A DNA stretch of 53,740 nucleotides, counting the filler, from Dimargaris cristalligena (taxonomy: Eukaryota), in the NCBI GenBank assembly GCA_003614675.1. It is 2 parts of 2 records of this genome, joined end to end, with 100 filler letters (N's around TTAATTAATTAA, not from the genome) between each part and the next. Parts side by side here need not be neighbours in the genome. Positions count along the whole stretch, not along the records: positions 1 to 26,826 come from ML002534.1; 1 more part is not named here. One strand, written 5' to 3'. Both the position numbers and the translations under genes were made by a program. The notes under the pieces were generated by a model that was not told the DNA's origin, made no database searches, and saw only the letters and a program-made list of their open reading frames with translations. This document shows positions 1-11,461 of the stretch, one piece after another. The stretch's first letter is position 1. Every line of letters begins with the position of its first letter.

Positions 1-234
1 TCTTTCCTAGTAACAATATAAAACCCTGACCCTATCCAATCCTCTTTACTCACAACTACCCACTCACCAACACACACACACTCACATTCACCAATATCCC
101 CAATTTCTTTCGCCAAACATACATTTTAACTTTATTCGAAATTCTACTACGATATTGTAAACATTTGCCTTATCCGGAAACTTAATACCACCTCTGATTT
201 TTTTTTACCAAATCTCACCCAGTACTTTACCAGT

Positions 235-564
235 ATGCGTTTTATCGCCACCCTCGCCCTTCTCACCGCCACCTACTTGGTTGGCACCTCCCCTAGCCCC
301 ATTGCCTTGGATCCCTGCTGTTACGCAAGAATGTTAGAAAGCGACCCAGTCTTATCGAGACGCATCGTTGACACCTCCTTCTTCCTCTGCCCAACGGGTG
401 GCAATTGTATCAACCCATGCACTACGTATAGCCTCACTAGTCGACTGTCCTGTGGAAGTGGATGTGGGACGAATTCGATTAGTACCTGCTATACGCCGCT
501 CCCGGGTAGGATGAACAAGCCGGGTATCCCAGTGCCGGAGGACCCGACTAAAGATATTATTTGA
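235..564 (+). CDS. Small secreted cysteine-rich protein (109 aa, 8 Cys), unknown family
   Basis: Signal-peptide-like N-terminus MRFIATLALLTATYLVGTSP, eight cysteines, and TATAAAA at 17-23 followed by a C/A-rich leader. Confidence 0.7.
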   Translation: MRFIATLALLTATYLVGTSPSPIALDPCCYARMLESDPVLSRRIVDTSFFLCPTGGNCINPCTTYSLTSRLSCGSGCGTNSISTCYTPLPGRMNKPGIPVPEDPTKDII

Positions 565-3272
565 TCTAGAATGAATACCCATTCTAGGCTGCCGCGCCAC
601 ACCCCCCTTCGGCAGTATGGATTCGTACCGAATTCTGCCTGCTCGGAGTAATATGGCTGGCATTTGTATGTGAACCCTTGAGATAAACGCGAGGGGGGAA
701 CACACACACGCGTGATAACAGCGACCCCCCTATCTATAGTTTTATATACCCGTATCTTGACGGCAATGCTTTATTGCCTCTATTTTATGAACCGATTTAT
801 ATTAACTACATATAATTCAATAAATGCCCGACTTAATCATATTAAACAGCCTACCGCCCAGTTGCCAATGGAGCTGTCTGCTAAAAGTCGGCTTTCGCAA
901 GAGAGTGCATTGGATTCATTACAATTTGAATGAAGTCTATTTCATGGTACTCGTGAAACTCTTTCGGGTTATTAAAACGCAAAGCACCTAAGAGTGGTCG
1001 AAATTACACAGGCTAGGGAGGTCAGAAAATACTTGGGGAGAAGCGTATGTATTAAATGTACCGATATATTTAATTGGGCAACCTTCTTCCGCACGATTCA
1101 TTAAACTACCTTGCCTGAAAAGGGACCGGGGCTCCCCGAGATGACGATGTATAATTAGTTTTTAGCGCGTGTCTTGTTGAGGGGTAGGCCTTTTAACGTG
1201 GCCGCTACTAGACCCTTGACCCCCCAGTATCAAATTAGACACACCCGTACTCTATTTACTAACAACTGAAGCCACTGGACCTCCCTTGAAATAACCTAGC
1301 CACTATTAACTCTTCTCTAATTGCGCTACTTACATAATCCCATAACGATTTACTCGCATAGGAGTGGGTATGACTTATGTCCATGTCTTGGGTGTCGTAC
1401 CGCCGTTTTCAAATGGACCACAGGTATGCCTAATATCGCTTAAGTCCATCCATCGGCAGTTCGCTATCCAAGCAGTGGAGACAGACTCTGAGGTACGGAA
1501 CGATAAGTAAGTAGATCAAAGGTAGCGTAGCGAAAATCCCGATTTGCGTGGTGCACATCGGCTAGGTTTTTGCATCCATTCATTCGTGTAGCTCTCGAGG
1601 GAAATCACAGGGACCAAAATCGACTGACTGGACAAGCACATCTTAAAGGCACCGGTACTGTGATAGGAGATTGCATTAAAGCCGCGGATTACGTATACTG
1701 GATGGGTGGGCATAGTATATTAGTTACCGATTATTAGGCCAAAGACACGCGTGGTGCTAATGGGATGCTTAATATAAGTACATGATTTTAACTATCTATA
1801 GACTGAGATGTATAATACTATCAATCCCACAGGCAATCCTGTGGTACCGATAGATATCGTTGGTTAATTTCTGAGGAGGGGGGTTAGAGGGTACCGTAGA
1901 TTAAGGTTTAATTTCAATGGCATCCATGGAGGTTGCTGCGAAACTGGAGGTGCCCAGACCAATATGTTAAACATATACCCCTATTAAAACCACAAGTCGC
2001 CACTGAGCTGTGTTATTATTGTATGAATTAAGAGCTATTAAAAGGATCGATATAATGATCATATTCCTTACTTAGATAAAGACCGCCGACTTAATATTTA
2101 TCCTACTGTCACACTCAAACCATTTCTCATTACCCTCAATTTTCCCTGAAAATAATCGTCCGTACCCGATGGTCTTTACTGATAGCAATTGAGATACTTA
2201 AAAAATAATTTACACCGTGATTACCCATTTGCATTGCCTCCGAAGGGAAGAGTGGCTAAAAGGATGTAAGGAAGGTAATAAAAAAAAAGAAGAAATGATC
2301 GACCCATATCTAGTTATTTAGGCATATTGGATGCGTGACGAAGTGAAGATGGGAGTGGCAAACGTTGAAGTGTAGTGAACTCGTAAGTGGAGAGGGATGG
2401 GAGAGTAAAGATCTACGTATTTCACACACACGCACTTCGACGGTCAATTATTTGGCTCACACCAAACCGGACAATTGTCGACTATCCATGCCTTTCGTCC
2501 TTATTAATTGGGCCGTAGTTGGCCAAATAGGCGGTTGGGCTATCGACTGATTTCCCAACTAACTGACCCTTTGGTTGTGGGTGCATTTTTCTTTGTTACC
2601 GCACATATGCCTTTCGACGGATCGCTGGAATGCCCCGACAACCTCGCCAATCATGCAGACCTACAGCAGTGTCCTCGCGTACGTACTTTAGCTTACACCA
2701 CTCCTTACAATCTTTTAATTCTACCCGAAGCAGACGTACATTGGTCGATGGGACAATCGGCAAGATATACTTCGTCGCTGCAAATCCTTGGCTATTTTAG
2801 AAAAGGGGGAGCAAGGGTGTATGTGCGTGCGTGTTGGAGAATGTGGACTACCTGTAATATTGAACACACCTAAGAAGTCACACGACTATGGACATCTAAT
2901 ATGGGAGACAGGGTATGAGCTATAGTGTCTATCCATCTATCGATATATATATATATAGGTCCTTTTCCATCCTATGTTCATTCATCATCACTTTACCAAC
3001 CAACATCACTTCCATCGCTCCTGTCGACTCGTTTCGAGGCACTGTCACGCGTTCTCTACCCGCTCTCTTCAACTTTTCATATCATTTGATACTTGAAGAT
3101 CTAGCTGTGTGTTCCCTCCCCCCTTCGGCCCTCACCACCAACGCATTTTTTTTTGACGAACCCCGTACTCTCTACTACACCACATTATCAATTCATTTGA
3201 CCGTGTCTCGCACCCGAGCTCTTCACCCTTTCATCCATCCATTCCAACCCACCCCACTTTTATTCATCCACT

Positions 3273-3545
3273 ATGCGTTGCTTCGCCACCCTTGCCATTG
3301 CCGCTCTCGTCGCCGCTGTCGCTGTCCAGGCCGCCCCCGCCCCTGAAGATGTGGCCGTCGCTGCTGATACCGACGTTCCCGCCGGCACGGAAGTTTCCAC
3401 CGATGGTCAGAACTACACCGTGTGCATCCAGCAGGCCACTGACGAGTTCGACCGTGGCTGCTTCGTCCTGAACAAGGTCATCTGCGAAACCGCCGACGCC
3501 AAGTTCGCTTCTCTGTGCGAGCAGTTCTTCAGCACCACCGCTTAA
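3273..3545 (+). CDS. Small secreted protein (90 aa, 4 Cys in the mature part)
   Basis: Signal peptide MRCFATLAIAALVAAVAVQA|APAP, an acidic pro-like segment, and strong C-ending codon bias typical of real genes in this window. Confidence 0.8.
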   Translation: MRCFATLAIAALVAAVAVQAAPAPEDVAVAADTDVPAGTEVSTDGQNYTVCIQQATDEFDRGCFVLNKVICETADAKFASLCEQFFSTTA

Positions 3546-5700
3546 TTTTGTTAATGAGAAAGGGGGGAGGGTGAGGGTATAGTCCTCTATTGGGTCTCGC
3601 CCGTATTTTCCCTTCTTTTACCCTCCACTCTCTAACACACACACACACCCTCTCTTCATATACGCCTCTACCTTTACTGCTGGACAATGAGAAAGGGAAT
3701 TAGGATTACAGATTACTACCTGATTCCTATATTTCTTTTTGGGACTCTTTATCCGAGATCCATTATATACTACTATAAATATGCCTGTTTATGTGTCTAT
3801 TTGAAAACGCGTTTTTTGAAAATACGTACGAACCATTACCCCACCCATTAACTGGGCATTTCCCCCGCTTGTCGGATTCAATAAATTAACGATGTATTAA
3901 ATACCATTACCGTGAAACAAATAATAATGAGGTCCAGCCGGTTGCAATGTGGCAAATTGGAGGATTGTAAATTATATCGAGCTACCTATTTGGTGCTCCC
4001 TCATTTGCATAGGTTTCCTTCGCTTTATCCCCAAGTCAAAGCACAGTCGCGCAGCGGTTATAAATATATATTGGTTGATCATGCTCTGTGTTAGCGCACA
4101 TTCACCTGGCAATATTGGCACTGCTGCTCATTTTTTATGTTTTACACTCAGCCAGAATTGGGCATAGTCTTAGAAGAGAGGCGATGCGTGGATGGGGTAG
4201 CTAGGTAGCCAGCCATGGTCGATAAGATAAAGATCCCCGGAATAGGGGGGGGGACGGAAGGGTACTTTTGGGGAAACCCCATCAACTTCTCGACTGACAT
4301 TTACGGAGATATCTCCTTGTGTATACACAACCCTACAATAGAAGGAATTATCTCCACCCATATGCCCTTAAATAATTCGAAAATAATGGGAATATGTGGG
4401 GAATGGAGCTTCTTGTTCTCGCTGACTCGTTCACCTACATCCTCTTGTAAATAACTATAACCTAACCAGGGGTCAGCCGGTCGCTCGCTATGTACACCTA
4501 GTCCTCAAACAGGTTTAATATGTCCGCAACTCCGTTGTGGCCGACGGGAAGGAAGGTGAGATGTATAATCATTTATTTTTGGCCTAAAGAGTGAGATCAC
4601 AGAGACCAAGCGGACTAAAAAAGGAGCTATTTGTAAAATAACGATTGGGTAGTTTATCTATCTACCTCCTCCGCTTTGCTCCTAAATTAGCCGATCTTCG
4701 CCTTTTGAAGAGAGAGAGCGAGAGAGAGGCTTGAGGGGGTATCCTCCGATCCGACTGGGCATTTTCCTCGTGACCAGGCCAATTCATGGAGGGAAGGAGA
4801 GACATATACATTAGGGGAGCACCGCCTGCCTCCCCCTTGCCTAAGATTGGCCGGGGTTGGACCACATTGTAATTCTCGCACCCATGGCTTCGCTTCGCAC
4901 CTTCCTGTACGCTAGTCCCAATGGCAGCGGAGGTTCTCTTCCTTTATTCAACCCCGGTTTACCACCAATTGCATGCTATAGTGGATGATCTACCCCATCC
5001 GCATCCTCAGGCGGCTGGTGGGGGGAGTGTGTCGCGGGGATAGAGGCAATAGAGGAGGGAGGAGGAGGAGATTCCCATAGCAAGGGCAATCCTGCCAAAG
5101 GATAGGCGGACTGTCTCTCCGAAAGGGGGAAAGGATGATGTACTTCAAATGGTGGTGGAGGCTTCTCCGTATATATCTCACCAGCTCCCCTTATGGTACT
5201 GGTTAATAGGGTGAGTTTGCCTCTTTCATCGCTATAGTCAGAGAACTGGCCTGGAACTTCCCAAGGAAAGTCCCTCAATAAGGCCAAGATGTATGTCTAA
5301 ACAGGCAATCGCATTGGCCAAGCGGGGCCGCCGTAGGTTACTAAAAATAAACAGAGATCAGGAAGGCGAGAGGCACCAATGAGTGAGGAAATCACCAACA
5401 AATGGTGGTAATAGAGCCCGGGTAGCGGTGTTACGTAAGATTAGAGGAACGGCGAGCCGCATTGCGCGATTAGTTATTTAAAGGCATCCCCCCGTTACCA
5501 CCGTTATTGATTCATCTCTCTCTCATTCTCACTTAAATTACTTGTATAAGCCACCACTTTGTAACGTACTTTTCTCCTTACTTGTTTTACTATCGTTTCC
5601 ATTGAGTATAAATTCATCGTCACGCCCCCGTCGCGGTCTCTCAGCATAATTCCACTTTAGTATCCCCAACCATCCCCCCCCCACATTCATTTTTTAAAAT

Positions 5701-5895
5701 ATGCAGTTCACCACCATTGTCGCCGCTCTGCTCGCCGTCGTAGCCACCAACGCCGTTCTGGCCGCCCCCGCCGTTTCCGATACTACCGCCGAATTCCGCG
5801 GGACGATCGAAGTGTGCATTGACAACAACTGTGGCCCCAAAGTCTGTCCCCTTGGTGTCCGTTCCTGCAACGTCTATGGCAAAGCCCTCATTTAA
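5701..5895 (+). CDS. Small secreted peptide precursor (64 aa, 4 Cys)
   Basis: Signal peptide MQFTTIVAALLAVVATNAVLA|APAV, C-ending codon bias, A-rich start context (aaaat ATG), and a 4-Cys C-terminal peptide after a single Arg. Confidence 0.75.
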   Translation: MQFTTIVAALLAVVATNAVLAAPAVSDTTAEFRGTIEVCIDNNCGPKVCPLGVRSCNVYGKALI

Positions 5896-6973
5896 AATGA
5901 CACCTCCTCCCTCCCGCCCCAATCCCACCCAATAGCCCACACATTTACTTACACACACAGACACACTCCAGAAGTCCACATGATAGTGTAAGGAGAGAGG
6001 GCCTTGCGTTGTTTTGCATAGTGTGGAGCTATTTCCGCCCGCCTACATCGCCTAATGATCGTCAGCCGTTGGTTGCCGCCTCGCACTATTGCTGCCTTTC
6101 CTTTTCGATAATGATTATTTCAACTTCAGCTATTCCCTATAGTTCGGCTCCTCACCACTCTTGGTGTGACTGTATTGCAATACTTTAATGTTCTTCACCC
6201 CCCCTATATATCTTCCCTTAACCAGCGCATCGCCCAGTCTGGTGCGCGGGATTGCTACCAATAAACTACTTTATTAATTCAAAGTGCTTAGGATAGATAT
6301 TGGCTTCGCATGTTTATGCAATAACTTCCGATATGATTTACTATGGCCTCTGTGACATGAGTGGTGAAATCCCAGTACCCCCATGAGCTTTTCTTACTAT
6401 ACACACTTGGATTTCTCCTGCTGGCATCTCGATTTTGCCAATAGAAACTCCCCCCCTTCCTAAACGTGCAAATTATGACAACACGACAAAAAAAAAGGAC
6501 TACCACTCGCTTTATCATAACAGGAACATCGGTCCAAAGGTAGTATTACTCCCTCATCACCTTCGAAAAGGGACATTAAAAAGATAGCGCAATAGAAGGA
6601 AATGCAAAAGACAAGGAATAGGCTAGCGATGAACAATAAAAGATAGAGATAAATAATGGGATAATTGAATAATAAAGAGTACTCGTCAATGATAGAAGTA
6701 TGAATATAAAGGAATAGATGAACATGCAGGGGAAATAAAGTCATTATATAAAATAAAATTATAGGTGTAAAAAGGTTAAGGCGAGGAGATTTCAGAGAAA
6801 ATATAACATGTGCGGGGAAAAACACCAATGAATTGACTGAAATGAAGTGCCGCCTGAAATATTAGGCATGTTCCTGAGTTTAGCCCACCATGGGCTGGGG
6901 GGGGGTTGACTAAGAAAAAGGCAAGAACCATTCTCCAATCGGCATTAATATCACCCCCCTCTTATAATCGCCA

Positions 6974-9900
6974 CTACGACGGACCACTCGAAGGCTCTTG
7001 ACTAGCTGCCGGAATGTTCCCAATGTCCATACTACTAGCTGAGCTGGGACTAGCCTGGGCGTTGCTCCCCGTCTGGCTAGCCGGCTGACCCGATTCGACA
7101 GGACCAGTAGTGCCAGTCTCGCTCCGGTCGCCTCCTTCCACACCCACCAACCGACATTCCAAGTTCAACACCGAAGCCCGCAGGGCATGGTTTTGGTCGA
7201 GCACTTGCTGGTACTGGCGGTGTTGGTCCTCCAGATCGCGTTGCAGAGTCTGGACCTGTCCCACGAGGTTGGTACGAACCGACTCGAGTTGTACCGCACA
7301 TTGCTCGTGCTCTCGGGCCAAGTGCTCCTGCCGTTGCCGCCAGCGATCGCATTCCGTCGTCCGGTGGCGCAGTTCCGAGCGCACATCCGCCAGAGTGCGT
7401 TGCCCGGCTGTAATTTCGGTTTGGAGGAGTTGGGCCGATCCCGCCAGGGCTTGGTACTGCGTTTCGAGGCGGTCTTTAGCATCCAAACCATGTTTACTGA
7501 CCATCAGCAACGCCGTGAGTTTATCGATTTCGTCGCGGTATTTGGACACCAACGACACATTCAACAGGTTGGTTTCCAACTGCGCCTGGAGTTGGAATTG
7601 CCCCGTGTGCGCTTCAAACGCCTGATCCCGTAAGCGTTCCAGTTCCCGGTCCCGCTGTTCGATTTGGTGCCGGAGTTCCTGGATCAGCGTGTTGCGCGTG
7701 CGGGTTTCGTCGCGGAAATGCCGGCTGCGTTCGGCCTGTTTCTGCTCCCGCGTATTTTCGGATAAGCGCATACTATATTCTTGGTTCACCCACCCCGCGT
7801 GGTGTTTTTTGAGTTCCGCCAGGCGTTCCTGGAGGACCCGGGTCTTGAGGGAAAATAACGGCTCCGCCACTTCAGCGTTAGCCCGCATGATCCGTTCCGC
7901 CTGCCAGCGGCCCAACTGCGCCATGCGACAGTCAGCGATGTACCGTTCGAGTTCCAATTGGTTCGCGAGGCGGTAGACTTGCGCTTGGTCCCCACAGGTG
8001 TTGGGGGCGGGGGCATTGGAGGTAGTAGGGTTGGGGTTGGGGTTGGTGGTCGTCACTCTTGGAGAAGAAGGTCTGTTCCTGGCTCGGGGTGAAGCACTGA
8101 CACCACCACCACCACCACCACCACCACCACCACCACCACCACCACCGGCAGCAGCAGCAGCCGCTGCCGATATCGCCAGACTAGGGGATGAGTTTGGGGG
8201 CAGATGGGCCACACATGAATCGTAAGACTTTACAATATTTTGAGCCAATTGGAAAATTGATTGGTCTGTGGCATCGTCCGAGTCGATGTCCAAATCCTGG
8301 TAGAGTTGGTGACCGGGGATGGTGGTGATACTTAGTGCATTGCCCTCGACCGAATCAGCATCCAAATCCGAATCCGAGTCGGATTTTGGACTAGGTCCCG
8401 CATCCGCCGCCCCATCTTCCGTATCATCCCCATCGGTGGCCGCCAACCCTCTTCCCGAGTCGGCCCGGTTCGGTAGGGCCCGGGGAGTGGTGGGCAGGGG
8501 GGATGGACGGCCTCTCAGTTCGCGGTGGGCGTGCAGTCCTTCGAAATAGGCCATCCATTCCTTACGGACAATATCTACTTGCAGGTCTAAGCACCGCTCA
8601 ACGAATTTGTGCGCTTCTTCGGAACTGACCGGTTCGCTCGCGTAATTCTGCAATTCCAGATACTCGGGTAACTGCAGTTTGTTGATCACTTGCATATCAT
8701 TGGCATGGGGGGAAACTACAAATGGTCCGCTATCATGACCATTGCCACCACTACTGGTGCGGGGTGGACTAGTGCCTGCTTCATCGGCCGCACTAGGATT
8801 AGTACCAGCGGTCGTTGATCCAACCGGGGCGTCCGGGGCCCGCATGACCACTTGGAAAGATACCTTGAGGAAATTGGGGTGGTACACGTGGGTACGAAGA
8901 AGCCGTTCGGCCTGTTTCATAAAGCCAATCGACTGGAAGGGAGGGGCACTATACTTGACCCGGAGTTCAGCTGCTAATAACTGGCCATCTTCATCCCCCT
9001 CCGTATCCGAGAGCTGGCGGCGGCGGCGGCGGATGAAGAGCCGTTGACTGGTGATCCAGCCGTTCATGTAACCCGTGGCATCTTTTAAAAAGCCGACAGT
9101 GTTAAATGGCAGGGGTCCGTACAGGTAGGAGAACAGCACGATGGTACTCAGGGATAGCGGGCGGTACAGGTACACCGAGGATGATGATTCCCCGGCGGGG
9201 GCGGAGGGGGACGCGGTAGTAGTCGAGGCGAGGGGATCGGTGCGCTCCGCGCGGAGGGGCGGACCACCCCCGCGGGGCCAGATGAGTTTCCGGCCCAGGA
9301 TGAAGAGTAGCCGGGGGAAGTATTCGGGTAACGACCGATTCATATGGGGGATCACAAAAGTCAGGATGTTCGACGCCACGTCCATGGTTTCGAACGATAG
9401 GGTCGTTTCCAGCAGGTTCAGGATCCGTTCGAGTAGCGGGGTACCGATCATGGCGAATTTGTTGGTGTGGCTTTGGCTGGCGAATTCGCTGAGGAATTTG
9501 AGGGCCGCAAACGTATGGGCTTCCTGTTCACCCATGACCTCGTCGAAAATGGCGTACAGGACGGGGGCGTTGGCCTGGCCGAAGGGCATGAGAACTCGTT
9601 CGAGGTTGACCACGAGACGCGACTTCTCGCCCAGCTGGGGGGGTGGCGGCTGGCATGTCAAGGTCGGGGGATCCGCCCCCGTTTCGTTGCACTGGATGGC
9701 GGCCAGCGAAGTTGAGTACCCCATATTGGAGTTGGTGGTGTCAACGTAAAGGGACACCAGCGCGTGACAGAGGGCCTTGCCCCATTCCTGGTGGTTATTA
9801 ACTGGGCTAGTCGCGCCAGCTGGCTTCGTTGATGGTCCCCCGCCGCCACTGGTTTCACTCGCGGGGTTAGTGGTAGGGGTGGATGATGTCGACGCAGCAG

Positions 9901-11461
9901 CATTGGCACTGGCGGCTGATCCAGCCTGGGACCCGCCAGTCCCCAACGAAGAGGTAGTGGCCGATCCACCACCACCACCGCTTACGTTACCGACGGGACT
10001 GGGGCCCCGGATGGGGGCCGGTTGGAGGACCTTCAAAATAATATCCCGACATTCGATTTCCAGGATGCGCTGGTTATTAGGCAGCGATAGAATAGGGATA
10101 AACACGGTTTCCCACCAATCGAGCATGAAGCGTTTCCCCCCAATGGCGGGGAGTAAAATGGCAAAGACCCTAAAAAAGATGACCGTTTTGTCGAGTTGAA
10201 CGTTGGACGGGGGAGGGAGAAATACAGTCGTACTGCCACCTGTGGTGGGTGGCGAAGGGGGTCGATTAAGCAAAGCGGAGGACGATGAGCTACGGGGAGT
10301 CGAAACCCCGCTGCGGGGCGATGCTTGCTGGGAGGAGGTTGGTGGGTGACCGCTTTCGGCGTGGTAAGAGGAAGAACGCACCGGACCCGCGGGAGCCGAG
10401 ACCTGGTTCAATCGGTTAAGGGTTTGATCCCAGCGCTCACTACCGCTGCTGAGCAGAGGTAGGATAGTGTGTTTAAATATATGCAGCAGCCCCTGCGAAA
10501 GGGCGGTAGCGACGGCCTCCTCGTCGTCCGAAGAACGACCCCGGGAGGAGGAGGAGGTGGTGGTGGTGGCGGTATCCTGCTGGTACCATTCGCTGGGAAA
10601 GGTGGGGCGATGTGCAGGCAGGGTGGGGGAATTCAACGTACCGCCGGGTGAGGTCGTGGCGGACCGGGACTCGATAATTGGGTACTTAATACTGGAGGAA
10701 TTGAGGGCGGAGGCCAATGATTCGAGGTTATCGGCGGCGGCACCCCGTTCCCCCCCACTGAAACTCGGATCCGAATCGATCATCCGGGCTAGGTTATCGA
10801 CATTGGGAGATAAGTTACGCGGGGTGGCGACTGCGCTGACGGTGGATACGGCGGCGGTCGCCTGACTACGGGTGGATAAAGTCCGACTGGGCGAAGGTCC
10901 TCCACCACCGCCGGGTATTCCAACGGTAGGCTCGGATACCTCCGCCTGGGTCGGCAATGACGACAGGAGTTTGGGCTTGCCGTAGATGGACGGCATCGAT
11001 GCCGAGGCCGAACTGGGCTGGAGGTGGTGTCCCTGGGAAGAGGCAGTGGTCCGGATAGAGGCGAAGTTTGGGGGTACCCTTTGAGCGGGATCCCCAGTAG
11101 TAGTAGTAGTAGTAGTAGTAGTAGTCGCATTGCCAGGGGGTCGGTGGTACACGGGGCCCGGGTGGGCGGGGTTTTGCTGGGCGTGCGCCTCGATGCCCTT
11201 GATGTGGGCGAAATAGGCGGGTGAATCTAAAAACTGAACAACCCATTTATCGGCCTCGGGGTCGGTCATTTTAGTGGCGGCGAGGGTAGAGGCCTTGGGG
11301 GGATCGAGGAAATCGCTGCTGTCGCCTTGACCACCACCACTTCCACTGGCGGCAGCGGGGCCCGAGTCACCGCGGGAGTGGGCCACTCGTTTAGCGCATT
11401 CCTTATCATACAAGACCAGGAGGGCCTGGATGCTCCGGACAATTTCCTTGACGCTGGGCAT
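6974..11461 (-). CDS. TSC1: Hamartin / TSC1-like protein (1495 aa, intronless)
   Basis: LFSYLYGPLPFNTVGFLK resembles the hamartin LF.RLYG..P.NF..FL motif, followed by a HPNFL motif. LANQLELERY resembles L.NQL..ER at the start of the long C-terminal coiled coil. Confidence 0.75.
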   Translation of the reverse strand: MPSVKEIVRSIQALLVLYDKECAKRVAHSRGDSGPAAASGSGGGQGDSSDFLDPPKASTLAATKMTDPEADKWVVQFLDSPAYFAHIKGIEAHAQQNPAHPGPVYHRPPGNATTTTTTTTTTGDPAQRVPPNFASIRTTASSQGHHLQPSSASASMPSIYGKPKLLSSLPTQAEVSEPTVGIPGGGGGPSPSRTLSTRSQATAAVSTVSAVATPRNLSPNVDNLARMIDSDPSFSGGERGAAADNLESLASALNSSSIKYPIIESRSATTSPGGTLNSPTLPAHRPTFPSEWYQQDTATTTTSSSSRGRSSDDEEAVATALSQGLLHIFKHTILPLLSSGSERWDQTLNRLNQVSAPAGPVRSSSYHAESGHPPTSSQQASPRSGVSTPRSSSSSALLNRPPSPPTTGGSTTVFLPPPSNVQLDKTVIFFRVFAILLPAIGGKRFMLDWWETVFIPILSLPNNQRILEIECRDIILKVLQPAPIRGPSPVGNVSGGGGGSATTSSLGTGGSQAGSAASANAAASTSSTPTTNPASETSGGGGPSTKPAGATSPVNNHQEWGKALCHALVSLYVDTTNSNMGYSTSLAAIQCNETGADPPTLTCQPPPPQLGEKSRLVVNLERVLMPFGQANAPVLYAIFDEVMGEQEAHTFAALKFLSEFASQSHTNKFAMIGTPLLERILNLLETTLSFETMDVASNILTFVIPHMNRSLPEYFPRLLFILGRKLIWPRGGGPPLRAERTDPLASTTTASPSAPAGESSSSVYLYRPLSLSTIVLFSYLYGPLPFNTVGFLKDATGYMNGWITSQRLFIRRRRRQLSDTEGDEDGQLLAAELRVKYSAPPFQSIGFMKQAERLLRTHVYHPNFLKVSFQVVMRAPDAPVGSTTAGTNPSAADEAGTSPPRTSSGGNGHDSGPFVVSPHANDMQVINKLQLPEYLELQNYASEPVSSEEAHKFVERCLDLQVDIVRKEWMAYFEGLHAHRELRGRPSPLPTTPRALPNRADSGRGLAATDGDDTEDGAADAGPSPKSDSDSDLDADSVEGNALSITTIPGHQLYQDLDIDSDDATDQSIFQLAQNIVKSYDSCVAHLPPNSSPSLAISAAAAAAAGGGGGGGGGGGGGGGVSASPRARNRPSSPRVTTTNPNPNPTTSNAPAPNTCGDQAQVYRLANQLELERYIADCRMAQLGRWQAERIMRANAEVAEPLFSLKTRVLQERLAELKKHHAGWVNQEYSMRLSENTREQKQAERSRHFRDETRTRNTLIQELRHQIEQRDRELERLRDQAFEAHTGQFQLQAQLETNLLNVSLVSKYRDEIDKLTALLMVSKHGLDAKDRLETQYQALAGSAQLLQTEITAGQRTLADVRSELRHRTTECDRWRQRQEHLAREHEQCAVQLESVRTNLVGQVQTLQRDLEDQHRQYQQVLDQNHALRASVLNLECRLVGVEGGDRSETGTTGPVESGQPASQTGSNAQASPSSASSMDIGNIPAASQEPSSGPS
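8101..8146. repeat. (CAC/GGT)n trinucleotide repeat encoding poly-Gly in TSC1
   Basis: A run of cac units, read as the poly-Gly tract on the minus strand. Confidence 0.9.
11096..11123. repeat. (TAG/ACT)n repeat encoding poly-Thr in TSC1
   Basis: A run of agt units, read as the poly-Thr tract on the minus strand. Confidence 0.9.
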
